Positions 1-8,993 are shown, counted from the stretch's first letter. The stretch: 64,000 bases of DNA from an uncultured Candidatus Melainabacteria bacterium (GCA_934692665.1 CAKUUG010000004.1:1915-65914), one strand, 5' to 3'. Made by a program: numbers and translations. Notes: a model not told the origin generated them from the letters alone.

Positions 1-851
1 ATATCGATTTCTGAAATCCTGTATTCAGGGAAACCACATCTTTTTAGAATATCTTTGTGTATTTCTTCTAAAGCGATAACTTTTTTAGGTGTTTTTGCAA
101 GATTTTTAAAAGCTTCGCGATACAAAAAGATATTGGGAGTTTCTTCAAGTTTTTTTGTTAAAAATTTAAATGCTATATCAACATCTTCTACTGTTGTTGT
201 ATTTGGGTCTAAATTTTCTAAATATTCACGTTTACAACTCCCACCCATTCCGGCGTCGTTTTCTAGGGCAGACATAAGATTCACGGCATGTAGTACTGCA
301 GGGTTGCTTTTGCAATTTTTAAATACTTCAGGCGAATTAAAGTAAATGCCGCATTTTTCCAAATGTTCTACAATTTCTTCATCAGTAATGTTATCTTTAT
401 CAAAAGCGGTTTTTAATTTTACATCATCCAAGTCTTTTTCTACTTTTTTGTAATAATCATTTATATTAATTGGAGAATCAAAAATTTTTTCGTGATCAAA
501 GTCTTCAGTTTTGTCCGGTTTTTTTGTACCTGTAATACCACAAACAATAGCTGCCATCACGGTTGCGATTTTTGCTTTGCTTTTTTTGATGGTTTCACCG
601 ACTTTACCGATAAAGTCTTTTGCTTTGTCAGGGTTTTTGATATATGCAATGGTGCATACTGCAGCAGCTGCTATAGAAGATATAATCAACCCTTTTTTTA
701 GATTTTGAGATGATTTGTTGTTTGTTTTTATGTCTAATTTGTCTTTTTGGTCTTCTATTTTTGTGTTTATTATTGTTTTATTATTTTTTTGATTTTTGTT
801 AAGAAGTTTATTTGTTGTTTTTGCTTGTGTAAATCTGTTGATTTCTGGCAT
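1..851 (-). CDS. hypothetical membrane-anchored protein, partial (3' end off-window)
   Basis: Absent from the ORF track because it has no stop in the window. Hand translation of the minus strand from ATG at 851-849 stays open to position 1 (283 codons): MPEINRFTQAKTTNKLLNKN... It has hydrophobic segments GLIISSIAAAAVCTIAYI and IATVMAAIVCGITG. The short plus-strand ORFs at 55-935 are shadows of it. Confidence 0.55.
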   Translation of the reverse strand, partial: MPEINRFTQAKTTNKLLNKNQKNNKTIINTKIEDQKDKLDIKTNNKSSQNLKKGLIISSIAAAAVCTIAYIKNPDKAKDFIGKVGETIKKSKAKIATVMAAIVCGITGTKKPDKTEDFDHEKIFDSPININDYYKKVEKDLDDVKLKTAFDKDNITDEEIVEHLEKCGIYFNSPEVFKNCKSNPAVLHAVNLMSALENDAGMGGSCKREYLENLDPNTTTVEDVDIAFKFLTKKLEETPNIFLYREAFKNLAKTPKKVIALEEIHKDILKRCGFPEYRISEID

Positions 852-995
852 GGCATCCCTTTTTTATTTTGGCAACAATCATGTAAAAACAGCAACAAGC
901 AAAAAATTGCTAGTATTTTGATAAACAATTTTTAATTTTAAACAAAAATTTGCGTGTAATAAATTTATAAAGATTTATTTTGAAAAACTTATTGT

Positions 996-1781
996 ATGAT
1001 ATTATTTTTTAAAAAGGCGGTAAATATGGTAAATTTTATAGGAAAAGATTGGCAAATTAATAATATAAACACGGTTTTGTTTGACAAAGACGGAACTTTT
1101 TTGAATGATCACAAATACTGGGGCAAGCTTGCAGAATGTAGAATAAATAAAATCATCAAACATTTCAATTTAGATGAAAAATTGTTTACAGAATTGTGTT
1201 TTGCAATTGGACATAATCCAATCAAGTGCAAATTGATTAAAAACGGGCCTGTTGGAGTTTTGTCCAGAAATGAAGTTGTTGATTTTATGGTTAATGAGCT
1301 TAAAAAATACAACGTTTCTACAGATTTTCAAGAAATTTCCGATTTGTTTGATATCGTTCACAAAGAATTTTCGCAAAATATTGAAAATTTCGTAGAATCT
1401 CTAGAATATTCTGAAGATTTTATAAAAAAATTAAAAGAAAAAGGTTTGAAATTGGCAGTTGTAACTTCTGATAATTATGAACATACGTTGAAAATTTTGA
1501 AAATATTAAATTTGGAAAAAATGTTCGATTGCGTAATTGGAAAAGATAGCTGCAAAAAAGAAAAACGAACAGGAGAGCCTGCACTTTTGGCTCTTAAAGA
1601 AATGAATTCCAAAAAAGAAGAAACTATAGTAATAGGAGACGCCTTGATGGATTATGAAATGGGAAAAAATGCAGGTCTAAAGGGCGAAATTCTTGTTGCA
1701 ACAGGACAAACGGATATTGAAGATTTGCAAAAATGTTCAAAATGCACTGTAAATAACTTAAATGAGGTTGAAATAAAATAA
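996..1781 (+). CDS. HAD-superfamily hydrolase (IA-like phosphatase)
   Basis: HAD motif I VLFDKDGTFLND, motif II VVTSD, motif IV GDALMDYEMGKNAG. The in-frame ATG at 1026 (MVNFIG) is an alternative start. Confidence 0.8.
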   Translation: MILFFKKAVNMVNFIGKDWQINNINTVLFDKDGTFLNDHKYWGKLAECRINKIIKHFNLDEKLFTELCFAIGHNPIKCKLIKNGPVGVLSRNEVVDFMVNELKKYNVSTDFQEISDLFDIVHKEFSQNIENFVESLEYSEDFIKKLKEKGLKLAVVTSDNYEHTLKILKILNLEKMFDCVIGKDSCKKEKRTGEPALLALKEMNSKKEETIVIGDALMDYEMGKNAGLKGEILVATGQTDIEDLQKCSKCTVNNLNEVEIK

Positions 1782-1782
1782 A

Positions 1783-2748
1783 ATGTTATATGATTTGTTT
1801 AAAGAAAAAAAATGTTTCAAATTGATTTGTGGAGCAGGAAATGAAGATACAATAGAAGTTGAAAAACTGACAACATTATATTCAAAAGCGGGCTGTAATT
1901 TTTTTGATGTTTGTGCAAAAAAAGAAGTAATAGAAGCCGCAAAACGTGGTTTAAAAAGAGCAGGAATAGAAAAAGACAGATATTTGTGCATCAGTGTCGG
2001 TGCAGAATCTGACCAACATTTCTGCAAAGCAAATATAAAAGACGATTGTATTAAATGTGGAAAATGTAAAAACGCCTGTGAACAAAGTGCAATTGATTTT
2101 CAAGACAATAAATACACAGTAAACCAAACAAGATGTATAGGCTGCAAAAGATGTATAAATGTTTGTCCGAAAAACAATATTGAATTGTTACAGAAAAAAA
2201 CCGATTTAAAAGAAGTTTTGCCTCCTTTGGTAAAATTGGGACTTGATTGTATCGAGTTTCATGTGATTGGAAACGAAGGTAAAGAAGAACTTTTGACCAG
2301 ATGGAATGAAATTATGAACGAGTTTGACGGGCCTTTGAGTATTAGTATTAATCGCAGTGCTTTGGGTGATGTTGATTTGATTCAGTGTGTTAGGGATTTG
2401 ACAGATGTAAGAAAACCTTATACCACAATAATCCAAGCTGATGGCATACCAATGTCAGGCGGAAAAGACAATTTTAAATCAACCCTGCAGGCTGTTGCTA
2501 TAGCAGATGTTTTTAAAGGTTCTGATTTACCTGTTTATGTAATGTTGTCCGGCGGAACAAATTCAAAAACATCAGAACTTGCAAAATTGTGCGAAGTTGA
2601 AATTGAAGGCGTCGCAATAGGTTCTTATGCCAGAAAAATTGTAAAAGAATATATTTCACAAGATGACTTTTTAGAAAATGAAGAAACATTCAACAAAGCA
2701 CTATCTATCGCAAAAAATCTCGTTGATTCTGTGCAAAAATGGTTGTAA
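1783..2748 (+). CDS. 4Fe-4S dicluster protein, LdpA-like
   Basis: N-terminal FKLICGAGNED motif, as I recall for cyanobacterial LdpA. Two ferredoxin-type clusters, CIKCGKCKNAC and CIGCKRCINVCP. Starts 1 nt after the HAD stop. Confidence 0.6.
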   Translation: MLYDLFKEKKCFKLICGAGNEDTIEVEKLTTLYSKAGCNFFDVCAKKEVIEAAKRGLKRAGIEKDRYLCISVGAESDQHFCKANIKDDCIKCGKCKNACEQSAIDFQDNKYTVNQTRCIGCKRCINVCPKNNIELLQKKTDLKEVLPPLVKLGLDCIEFHVIGNEGKEELLTRWNEIMNEFDGPLSISINRSALGDVDLIQCVRDLTDVRKPYTTIIQADGIPMSGGKDNFKSTLQAVAIADVFKGSDLPVYVMLSGGTNSKTSELAKLCEVEIEGVAIGSYARKIVKEYISQDDFLENEETFNKALSIAKNLVDSVQKWL

Positions 2749-2771
2749 AAAAACATTTTGTGTTGTAGAGT

Positions 2772-3070
2772 AAAAACATAAACTGTGCGAAGCTGAAATA
2801 TCAGACTGACGAAGTCTGATATTGAAAGCGAAGACCTTAGATAGGCGACGTTTCAAATCTTTGATTTGACAGGAGCAAAAACATAAACTGTGCGAAGTAA
2901 ATTAAATCGTTGAGATTTAATTTACGAGAGGCCTTAGATAGCCGCCGTTACGACTGAAGCGAAGCGAAAGGAGTGAAGAAATCTTTGATTTCACAGGCGG
3001 AAAAACATAAACTGTGCGAAGTAAATTAAATCGTTGAGATTTAATTTGTGAAAGAGCTTAGAAGATAAAT
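2772..3070 (+). repeat. three tandem structured repeat units (105, 124 and about 70 bp), each opening with AAAAACATAAACTGTGCGAAG
   Basis: The 21-nt head is exact at 2772, 2877 and 3001. Each unit carries an AT-rich hairpin (ATATCAGACTGACGAAGTCTGATAT, or TAAATTAAATCGTTGAGATTTAATTTA), a CCTTAGATAG box and a second hairpin (TCAAATCTTTGATTTGA). CGAAG motifs recur throughout. Confidence 0.85.
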
Positions 3071-3076
3071 AAAAAA

Positions 3077-3152
3077 GGACGATTAGCTCAGCCGGTAGAG
3101 TACTACATTGACATTGTAGGGGTCACGTGTTCGAGTCACGTATCGTCCACCA
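3077..3152 (+). tRNA. tRNA-Val (anticodon GAC), CCA encoded
   Basis: Hand-folded cloverleaf: acceptor GGACGAT/ATCGTCC, D arm GCTC-AGCCGGTA-GAGT, anticodon arm CTACA-TTGACAT-TGTAG, T arm ACGTG-TTCGAGT-CACGT, ACCA tail; 76 nt. Confidence 0.9.
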
Positions 3153-3153
3153 T

Positions 3154-3182
3154 AAAAGAGCCTTTTTAAAAAAGGCTCTTTT
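3154..3182 (+). terminator. rho-independent terminator after tRNA-Val
   Basis: AAAAGAGCC-loop-GGCTCTTTT hairpin with T tail. Confidence 0.7.
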
Positions 3183-3361
3183 AATATGCAAAACCATGAC
3201 TTAAAAAAGTCTGCATGTTACAGATTTTTTGAAAAAATGTCAATAATTTGGTAACAAAATTTTACAAACAAGTCTATACTTTTTACATTCACTATGTTAA
3301 AATATAAATAGCTCATCTACCATTCGAAAAGATATTAGTGTAGAAAGAGTGTCGAATCCGC

Positions 3362-3886
3362 CTATTTACGGGCGGTTTCTGCTTTTAGATATTTTTCGTA
3401 TGATTTTTGCAGTTGTCTTTTTTTGTGTTTGTATTTTACGGGGTAAGAAGTTATAAATACGTAATAATTAGGTGCTTCTCTAAGAATTATTACAAAATCT
3501 TTTTCTTCAAACCAAATAACCAGATTTTTTCTATTTTTTGAACGTTCTTCTCTAAAAATTTTTAATCCGACATATTGTGATTCAATGATTGCCCTATTCC
3601 AAGCGATTCTTTCACATCTATCTTTTGCAAAATCTCTAGAAGTATTGCCATTTTCGTCTTTTGTGTCTTCAGTTGTCATGTGGTGAAATGTTTGCGGTTT
3701 TCCATTTACCATCGGTTCTTTTTGCAATCCGATATGTTTGCCGTTGAAAATAGGTCTCGAATTTATAAAATCTTTTTTAAACATTTCAAAAACTTGTTCA
3801 TAATAATCTTCAAATGGGATATTTTCGTCGTGTTCAAACAACTTTGGCAACCAAGAAAAATTAAAATTCATTACATTCGTTTCCAT
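3362..3886 (-). CDS. hypothetical protein, downstream partner of the DUF3800 gene
   Basis: 174-aa ORF overlapping the upstream gene by 26 nt. No family recognised. Features: FHHMT, RCERIAWNRAIIE, and a strand-rich basic C-terminus (YYVFITSYPVKYKHKKRQ). The stop codon sits inside hairpin CCGCCCGTAAATAGGCGG. Confidence 0.7.
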   Translation of the reverse strand: METNVMNFNFSWLPKLFEHDENIPFEDYYEQVFEMFKKDFINSRPIFNGKHIGLQKEPMVNGKPQTFHHMTTEDTKDENGNTSRDFAKDRCERIAWNRAIIESQYVGLKIFREERSKNRKNLVIWFEEKDFVIILREAPNYYVFITSYPVKYKHKKRQLQKSYEKYLKAETARK

Positions 3887-4598
3887 TCCATCTGAATAAA
3901 TTAAATTTTTCTTCTCTTAATAGTGTTGATTTTGTTAGTATGTAACCCCTTTCGTTAATTCTTGATATGATTCTTTTTTTGGCAATACTGGTGGTTTTTT
4001 GTCTATTTTCATAAGAAATAGCACCTATAATCAAATCTGACAATTGAACCAACTCTACTTGGTGTGATTTTACTTCTTGAATTTTATTGATTATTTTTCC
4101 TTTAAAAGAGTATTGTTGCGACAGTTTTTTCTCTAAGCACTCTTTTAATTTTTCGATTTTTTTTGAGCCATTGGTATCCTTTATATCCAAATAAATATTG
4201 TATGTATTATATGGTTTAAATACTGTTTTTAGCATTGTGTAATACATTTTGTAGTAAAATTCGTCAAATTCCTCTGTATTGTTGAATTTGAGAGAATCTT
4301 TGTTTGGGACAAAAAGACTTCTGAATGTCAAATCCGAATTGTCAAAAAAGTAATCAATCACATCTATATAGAAGTTTAGTTTGCCGGATGAAACTTTTGT
4401 CCATTTCATTTCAAATCTGTTTTTTTCTACATATTTGTTTTTTAGGTTATATTTTTGTTTTATTTCTCTTATTCTTTTGAATATTTCTTTTGTTTTATTA
4501 TTTGGACAAATAATTCCGCCCCAAACCATAACTTTTTGTTTGTCATTTTGCAGATGGCAGCTTTCATCACAATAAATATTTATTTCACTTGACTCCAT
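3861..4598 (-). CDS. DUF3800-family protein
   Basis: N-terminal IYCDESCH motif, EMKWTKV, and C-terminal QLSDLIIGAISY. This layout matches my recollection of Pfam DUF3800. An extended -10 (TGCTATAAT) lies upstream near 4625-4635. Confidence 0.7.
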   Translation of the reverse strand: MESSEINIYCDESCHLQNDKQKVMVWGGIICPNNKTKEIFKRIREIKQKYNLKNKYVEKNRFEMKWTKVSSGKLNFYIDVIDYFFDNSDLTFRSLFVPNKDSLKFNNTEEFDEFYYKMYYTMLKTVFKPYNTYNIYLDIKDTNGSKKIEKLKECLEKKLSQQYSFKGKIINKIQEVKSHQVELVQLSDLIIGAISYENRQKTTSIAKKRIISRINERGYILTKSTLLREEKFNLFRWNGNECNEF

Positions 4599-4785
4599 AA
4601 AATCGTCCTTTTTTTTATTTTTTCTATTATAGCATACAAAAAGGGCATGTTCTACTGATTCTGCTTGTCCTAGCGTTGTAAAAAAAACTATAAAAAGATA
4701 AGTTATATTTTTTTAAATAGAAGAGTATTTGTGAACTATTTTTCATCAAAAAGCGTTTAGAATCTTTGTGATTTAAAAAAATGCT

Positions 4786-5049
4786 CTAGTTATCTATTTC
4801 TGTTGTTGATGAATTTATTGACAATTCGGCAATGAGTCTTGAAACTTCGTAGCCTGAAACCATTACTTCTAAAATAAGTTGCGAATTAATAAGAATTTTG
4901 TCGCCATATTCCATAGTATCAGGATTTAAGCACAAAAATTCAACAAAATCTTCTCCAACATAGAGAATTTTGCCAAATTCTGCTGCCGTTGCCCAACGCA
5001 TGAATACGACTGTTTTTTCAAATAATTTTAGTTTTTGTATCATCCTCAT
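4786..5049 (-). CDS. small hypothetical protein (87 aa)
   Basis: Clean ORF divergent from the lipoate-ligase-like gene. No motif recognised. Confidence 0.5.
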   Translation of the reverse strand: MRMIQKLKLFEKTVVFMRWATAAEFGKILYVGEDFVEFLCLNPDTMEYGDKILINSQLILEVMVSGYEVSRLIAELSINSSTTEIDN

Positions 5050-5060
5050 ATATACATGAT

Positions 5061-5726
5061 ATGATTTTATTTATGAAAGTCAATTTTGTTAATGATAATT
5101 GTAACATTGTAAATGATGGCAAAACCAATATGAAGCTAGATCTTGAAATGCTTGATTTTGCAATCAAAAACAAGATTGATTATGCGATGGTAAGGTTTTA
5201 TCAATGGTATCCAAAGTGTATTAGTCTCGGAAAAAATCAAAAAAATGACATAAAAAACACTGATATCGATATCGTTACACGTCCGAGCGGCGGAAGAGCA
5301 TTGTTGCATGATAGAGAATTGACTTATTGTTTTGTTTCACCTGTTTTTAAAGACAGCATTATAGAAAGTTACAAAGACATCTCGAACGGATTGATTTTGG
5401 GGTTTAGGAAACTCGGGATAGAGCTTTCTTATGGTTCAAATGAAAAGAAGAATCTTGCTTACTGTATGAATATTTCAACAGGTGCAGATGTTTCATACAA
5501 AAACAAAAAATTCATAGGTTCTGCTCAATATAGAAGCAGAGGTTATCTTTTGCAGCATGGTTCTATCCCTTATGAATTGGATTTTGATTTGATAGATAAA
5601 ATTTTTAACCAAAAAACCTTAAAAGAAAATATTGTTACATTGAACGAAATAAATCCGAACCTTTCAACAAAACAAATAATAGAAGCATTAAAAGAAGGAT
5701 TTGTTGAATATTTTTCAGCTATTTAA
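5061..5726 (+). CDS. biotin/lipoate A/B protein ligase family protein (octanoyl/lipoyl transferase-like)
   Basis: RPSGGRALLHDRELTYCFV and KFIGSAQYRSRGYLLQHGSI are typical of the BPL_LplA_LipB catalytic domain. Confidence 0.75.
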   Translation: MILFMKVNFVNDNCNIVNDGKTNMKLDLEMLDFAIKNKIDYAMVRFYQWYPKCISLGKNQKNDIKNTDIDIVTRPSGGRALLHDRELTYCFVSPVFKDSIIESYKDISNGLILGFRKLGIELSYGSNEKKNLAYCMNISTGADVSYKNKKFIGSAQYRSRGYLLQHGSIPYELDFDLIDKIFNQKTLKENIVTLNEINPNLSTKQIIEALKEGFVEYFSAI

Positions 5727-7709
5727 AATTTCGTTAATTTTTGCTATTGTTTTTGGAAAATACCAAGCCAAATACTGCGAACGTGTATAAGAATCACTGC
5801 CTCTTTCTCCATAATCAGAAAGAAGAATATTTGTTTCTGCAACAAATTCTTTTAATGCCATAGAGTTTTCTTCTTCAATATCGTTTATGTCTTCTTCTTC
5901 ATCATACGAATCGAAATTTTCGTAATATTCGTCCATATAATTTTCGCTATCATTATTATCCAAATACATTCCAAGACTAGAAGGCAAGAAATAACCGATT
6001 ATTTCTTGGGATGCTGTTGGGTATTCTTTTAAAAATTCTTTTAATTCTCTGCTATAAATATCAATCAGTTCTTTATTTCCACTGATTTTGCCAAAGTCTT
6101 CATTATCATCATCATAATCCAGAGAATGCATTACTTCATGGTAGAAAGAAGCGGAATTTATGCCGATATTTAATTCACTGGGAGGAATAAAACAAGATTC
6201 TATATCATCAACAATGCATATTTCATCTATTGTTTTTGTCATCTCTAGGATTTTATCTAATGGCATAGATTTTAGCATTTCAAAAAATTCATCCGAAGAT
6301 TCTTCAAAATCAGAAATTTCTTCAGATTCTTCAGGCAACATATCCGAATTAGGTATTTCATCTGTTAATTCACACAACATGTCCGAAATAGGAATTTCTG
6401 TTATTTCGCCGTTTGGGTCTTTTATTTTGATTATTTTGTTTTCATCATCAAAATCGCCAAAATACTCTTTTGAATTTATGGTAGTTTTTGTTTTTGTATC
6501 CGAAATTTTTTCCCAAGTTCTGTTTATATCGAGCAAAGTTTCGCCATTGTCATCTTTGATTTTGTATTTGTATAATTTTGATATTGTTTTTCCGTTTTCG
6601 TCTGTTTTTTGGATATATTCTCTTTTTGTATTTGTGTCTTTGTAATTAAAATCTTCCGAAAATTTTGTAGAATTTCCGTCCTTTTCAACAGTTGCTATTT
6701 TCTTGCCTGAAATTTCTCCATTTTTTATCATTTTAATTACATCAAAATCTTCCGGATAATCATGCAAATCAAACTCTTCTATTTCATAAACCCCGCTTAA
6801 CAAATCTGATTTATGAGTGTAGATAATTTTTCTCGGCTCGTCTGTTGCTTTGTCTTTTATGACTTCTATCTGCTCTTCTACATTCGGATCATAAGCAAAA
6901 TCAAAAGTAGAAACGCCGCTCGTCTGCATTTGGACAGTTCTATTTGCATTATAATCCCAGCTGTGAACATTTCCATCGGGGTCTTTTTGTGTTGTTGTTT
7001 TTATTATGTCGCCTGTTGGCGGAAGTGTGATTGTTTTTAGTATTTTTGTGCCGTTTTTTAAATTTATGATTTTTGAAGCAACAAGAGAACTTTCTCCATT
7101 GTCTGCTCTTGTATATGCGATTCTATAACCTTTGCCTACTTCATCTAAAAAATTATTGACTCTTTTTTTATCCATATAACTGTCTACATAAGATATAACA
7201 GGATCTGTTGCACCTTTTTTGTACAATCTTGAAACATCATTGTCACGATTAAGCACTTCTTGAATACAATCACAAATACCATAAGACACGCAGAAGCTTG
7301 CTTGGTGCGGATTTACGTTTTGTTTCAATAGGTTTTTGTACTGTTGCATTTGGTCTTCATCAAAGTTGACCGTTTCTTCAACATCAGACAAAGAAAGCAA
7401 ACCCGAAGTCAAAAAATCAAATACTTCTTTATCTTTGATTTTTTTTGCAAATTCTTCCAACAATTCAGGTTTTAACCTAGAAACAGGCATCAAATCTTTT
7501 GTTGTTATTGATTGATTTTCGAGCAAAAGCTTCACTGTTTCATTATTTTTCAAAAAACCAAGATTCTTTTCGCATTCTTCTTCATATCCGGAAAAAGAAA
7601 TATTTTTTTGAAAAACATCATTAGCTATTGTTTGTTTTAGAGGTTTTTGTGCTATGTTTTTAGCAATTTTTGAATATTTTAACGTATTTGTGATGGCATT
7701 TATTTTCAT
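5715..7709 (-). CDS. large hypothetical protein with HExxH zincin motif, beta-hairpin repeats and an acidic tail
   Basis: 664 aa. HEVMH within SASFYHEVMHSLDYDDD. Repeated D-x-N/D-G hairpins (DPDGNVHSWDY, DENGKTISKLYKY, DDNGETLLDI, DPNGEITEI). Long D/E/Y-rich C-terminal stretches. Confidence 0.7.
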   Translation of the reverse strand: MKINAITNTLKYSKIAKNIAQKPLKQTIANDVFQKNISFSGYEEECEKNLGFLKNNETVKLLLENQSITTKDLMPVSRLKPELLEEFAKKIKDKEVFDFLTSGLLSLSDVEETVNFDEDQMQQYKNLLKQNVNPHQASFCVSYGICDCIQEVLNRDNDVSRLYKKGATDPVISYVDSYMDKKRVNNFLDEVGKGYRIAYTRADNGESSLVASKIINLKNGTKILKTITLPPTGDIIKTTTQKDPDGNVHSWDYNANRTVQMQTSGVSTFDFAYDPNVEEQIEVIKDKATDEPRKIIYTHKSDLLSGVYEIEEFDLHDYPEDFDVIKMIKNGEISGKKIATVEKDGNSTKFSEDFNYKDTNTKREYIQKTDENGKTISKLYKYKIKDDNGETLLDINRTWEKISDTKTKTTINSKEYFGDFDDENKIIKIKDPNGEITEIPISDMLCELTDEIPNSDMLPEESEEISDFEESSDEFFEMLKSMPLDKILEMTKTIDEICIVDDIESCFIPPSELNIGINSASFYHEVMHSLDYDDDNEDFGKISGNKELIDIYSRELKEFLKEYPTASQEIIGYFLPSSLGMYLDNNDSENYMDEYYENFDSYDEEEDINDIEEENSMALKEFVAETNILLSDYGERGSDSYTRSQYLAWYFPKTIAKINEILNS

Positions 7710-7757
7710 ACCATTTTAAAAAACGTGAAAATATTTTTTTGCTACTTTTAAAAAAAA

Positions 7758-8993
7758 CTAATACTGAAAACCGTCTTCTTTCATTCTTCTTATTATTTCT
7801 TTTAAATCATCGTTTTGTGCAACAACAGACAATCTCACGTATCTGGTTGCATCTTTGTCAAATGCAGTCCCCGGAACTACGACAATGCCTGATTTTTCAA
7901 GCATTTGATTTGCATAATCTACACAATCAACGAATCTTTCTGGTATTTTTAACCACAAATAAAACGTCGCTTTTGGCATTTTTACGTTATAGCCTAAAGA
8001 AACAAGCCCATCAACAAAGCCTTGTATTTTTTCTTTGAATTTTTTGTTTTGAGAATCAATGTATTTTTGACCTTCAACACTTTCTAATAAATCAGCACTA
8101 GCATATTGCAGAACTTTAAATATGCCTGTGTCGATAGTTGATTTCATACGAGAGAGCATCGTAATGCCTGTTGAATTTCCGACTGCATAACCAACACGCC
8201 AGCCTGTCATTGCGTATGATTTTGACATTGAATAAAATTCAACGCAACATTCCATCGCTCCATTGCATTCTAGAGCAGAATGCGGTTTAAATTCTTCTTC
8301 ATAATACATTTCAGAATACGCATTGTCTGAAATCAAAATTATTCCATTTTTGTTGCAAAAATCAACGCAATGTTGCAAATATTCTTTGTTACAAGTACAT
8401 CCCAGAGGGTTGTTCGGATAATTTATAATGAGAGCTTTTATTTTGTTTTTGTCGCAGCCTTTTTTAATCAGTTTGTCTAATTCTTCTTCCAAATTTGGCA
8501 TGAAGTTATTTTCTTTGTTCAATTCAATCCCATAACCAAACGCCCCTGACGAACGTATCATTTGGGAATAAGAAGCATATCCGGGTTTTGGAACAAGAAT
8601 GATGTCTTGTTCTTTTGGGTCTTCTTTGTAGTTTACGATTGCTTTTATCATGTTTGCAATACCTTCTTTTGAACCAATCAAAGAAAATACTTCTGTATTT
8701 GGGTTCAAATCTACATTGAATCTTTCTTTCATTCTGTGTGCTACAGCGTTTAGAAATTTCTTTTCACCTTTTGGTGTAGAATATGTACCAAGAGAATCAT
8801 CAGCAATGTATTCTATAGTTTTTTGTTTAACAAAATCAGGCACAGCATCCACCGGAGCTCCCATAGAAAGTGCTATTGGTTTTCTATTTTTTTTAATTAA
8901 TTCAGGAGTCAATTCGATTTGACGTGCTTTGATTTCAAACATAATGTAGTTTTTCATTGTTTTTATTTGATTGTTAAACAAATCTTTATTCAT
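7758..8993 (-). CDS. class I/II pyridoxal-phosphate-dependent aminotransferase
   Basis: NYPNNPLG and the PLP-lysine motif SMSKSYAMTGWRVGYAVGN; 411 aa. Confidence 0.85.
   Translation of the reverse strand: MNKDLFNNQIKTMKNYIMFEIKARQIELTPELIKKNRKPIALSMGAPVDAVPDFVKQKTIEYIADDSLGTYSTPKGEKKFLNAVAHRMKERFNVDLNPNTEVFSLIGSKEGIANMIKAIVNYKEDPKEQDIILVPKPGYASYSQMIRSSGAFGYGIELNKENNFMPNLEEELDKLIKKGCDKNKIKALIINYPNNPLGCTCNKEYLQHCVDFCNKNGIILISDNAYSEMYYEEEFKPHSALECNGAMECCVEFYSMSKSYAMTGWRVGYAVGNSTGITMLSRMKSTIDTGIFKVLQYASADLLESVEGQKYIDSQNKKFKEKIQGFVDGLVSLGYNVKMPKATFYLWLKIPERFVDCVDYANQMLEKSGIVVVPGTAFDKDATRYVRLSVVAQNDDLKEIIRRMKEDGFQY

Noticed and set aside
55-935. Four short plus-strand ORFs (55-345, 492-701, 511-708, 747-935)
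   Set aside because: They are shadows of the long open minus-strand frame that starts at 851 and leaves the window.
2772-3070. Possible CRISPR array (exact 21-nt repeats)
   Set aside because: The inter-repeat segments are 84-103 nt, far longer than spacers. They share homology with each other and with copies elsewhere. There are only three units and no cas genes in the window.
3077-4785. Integrated prophage or genomic island at tRNA-Val
   Set aside because: There is no integrase. I found no direct repeat of the tRNA 3' end in 4600-4790. Only two cargo genes are present, so I treat it as a small islet and make no mobility claim.
6160-6645. 161-aa plus-strand ORF
   Set aside because: It is antisense to the 664-aa gene. 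It is Ser/Ile-rich low complexity mirroring the acidic tract on the other strand.
7758-8993. Specific call as LL-diaminopimelate aminotransferase (DapL)
   Set aside because: The N-terminal region does not resemble the DapL motifs I recall. Only the generic class I/II aminotransferase assignment is supportable without a search.
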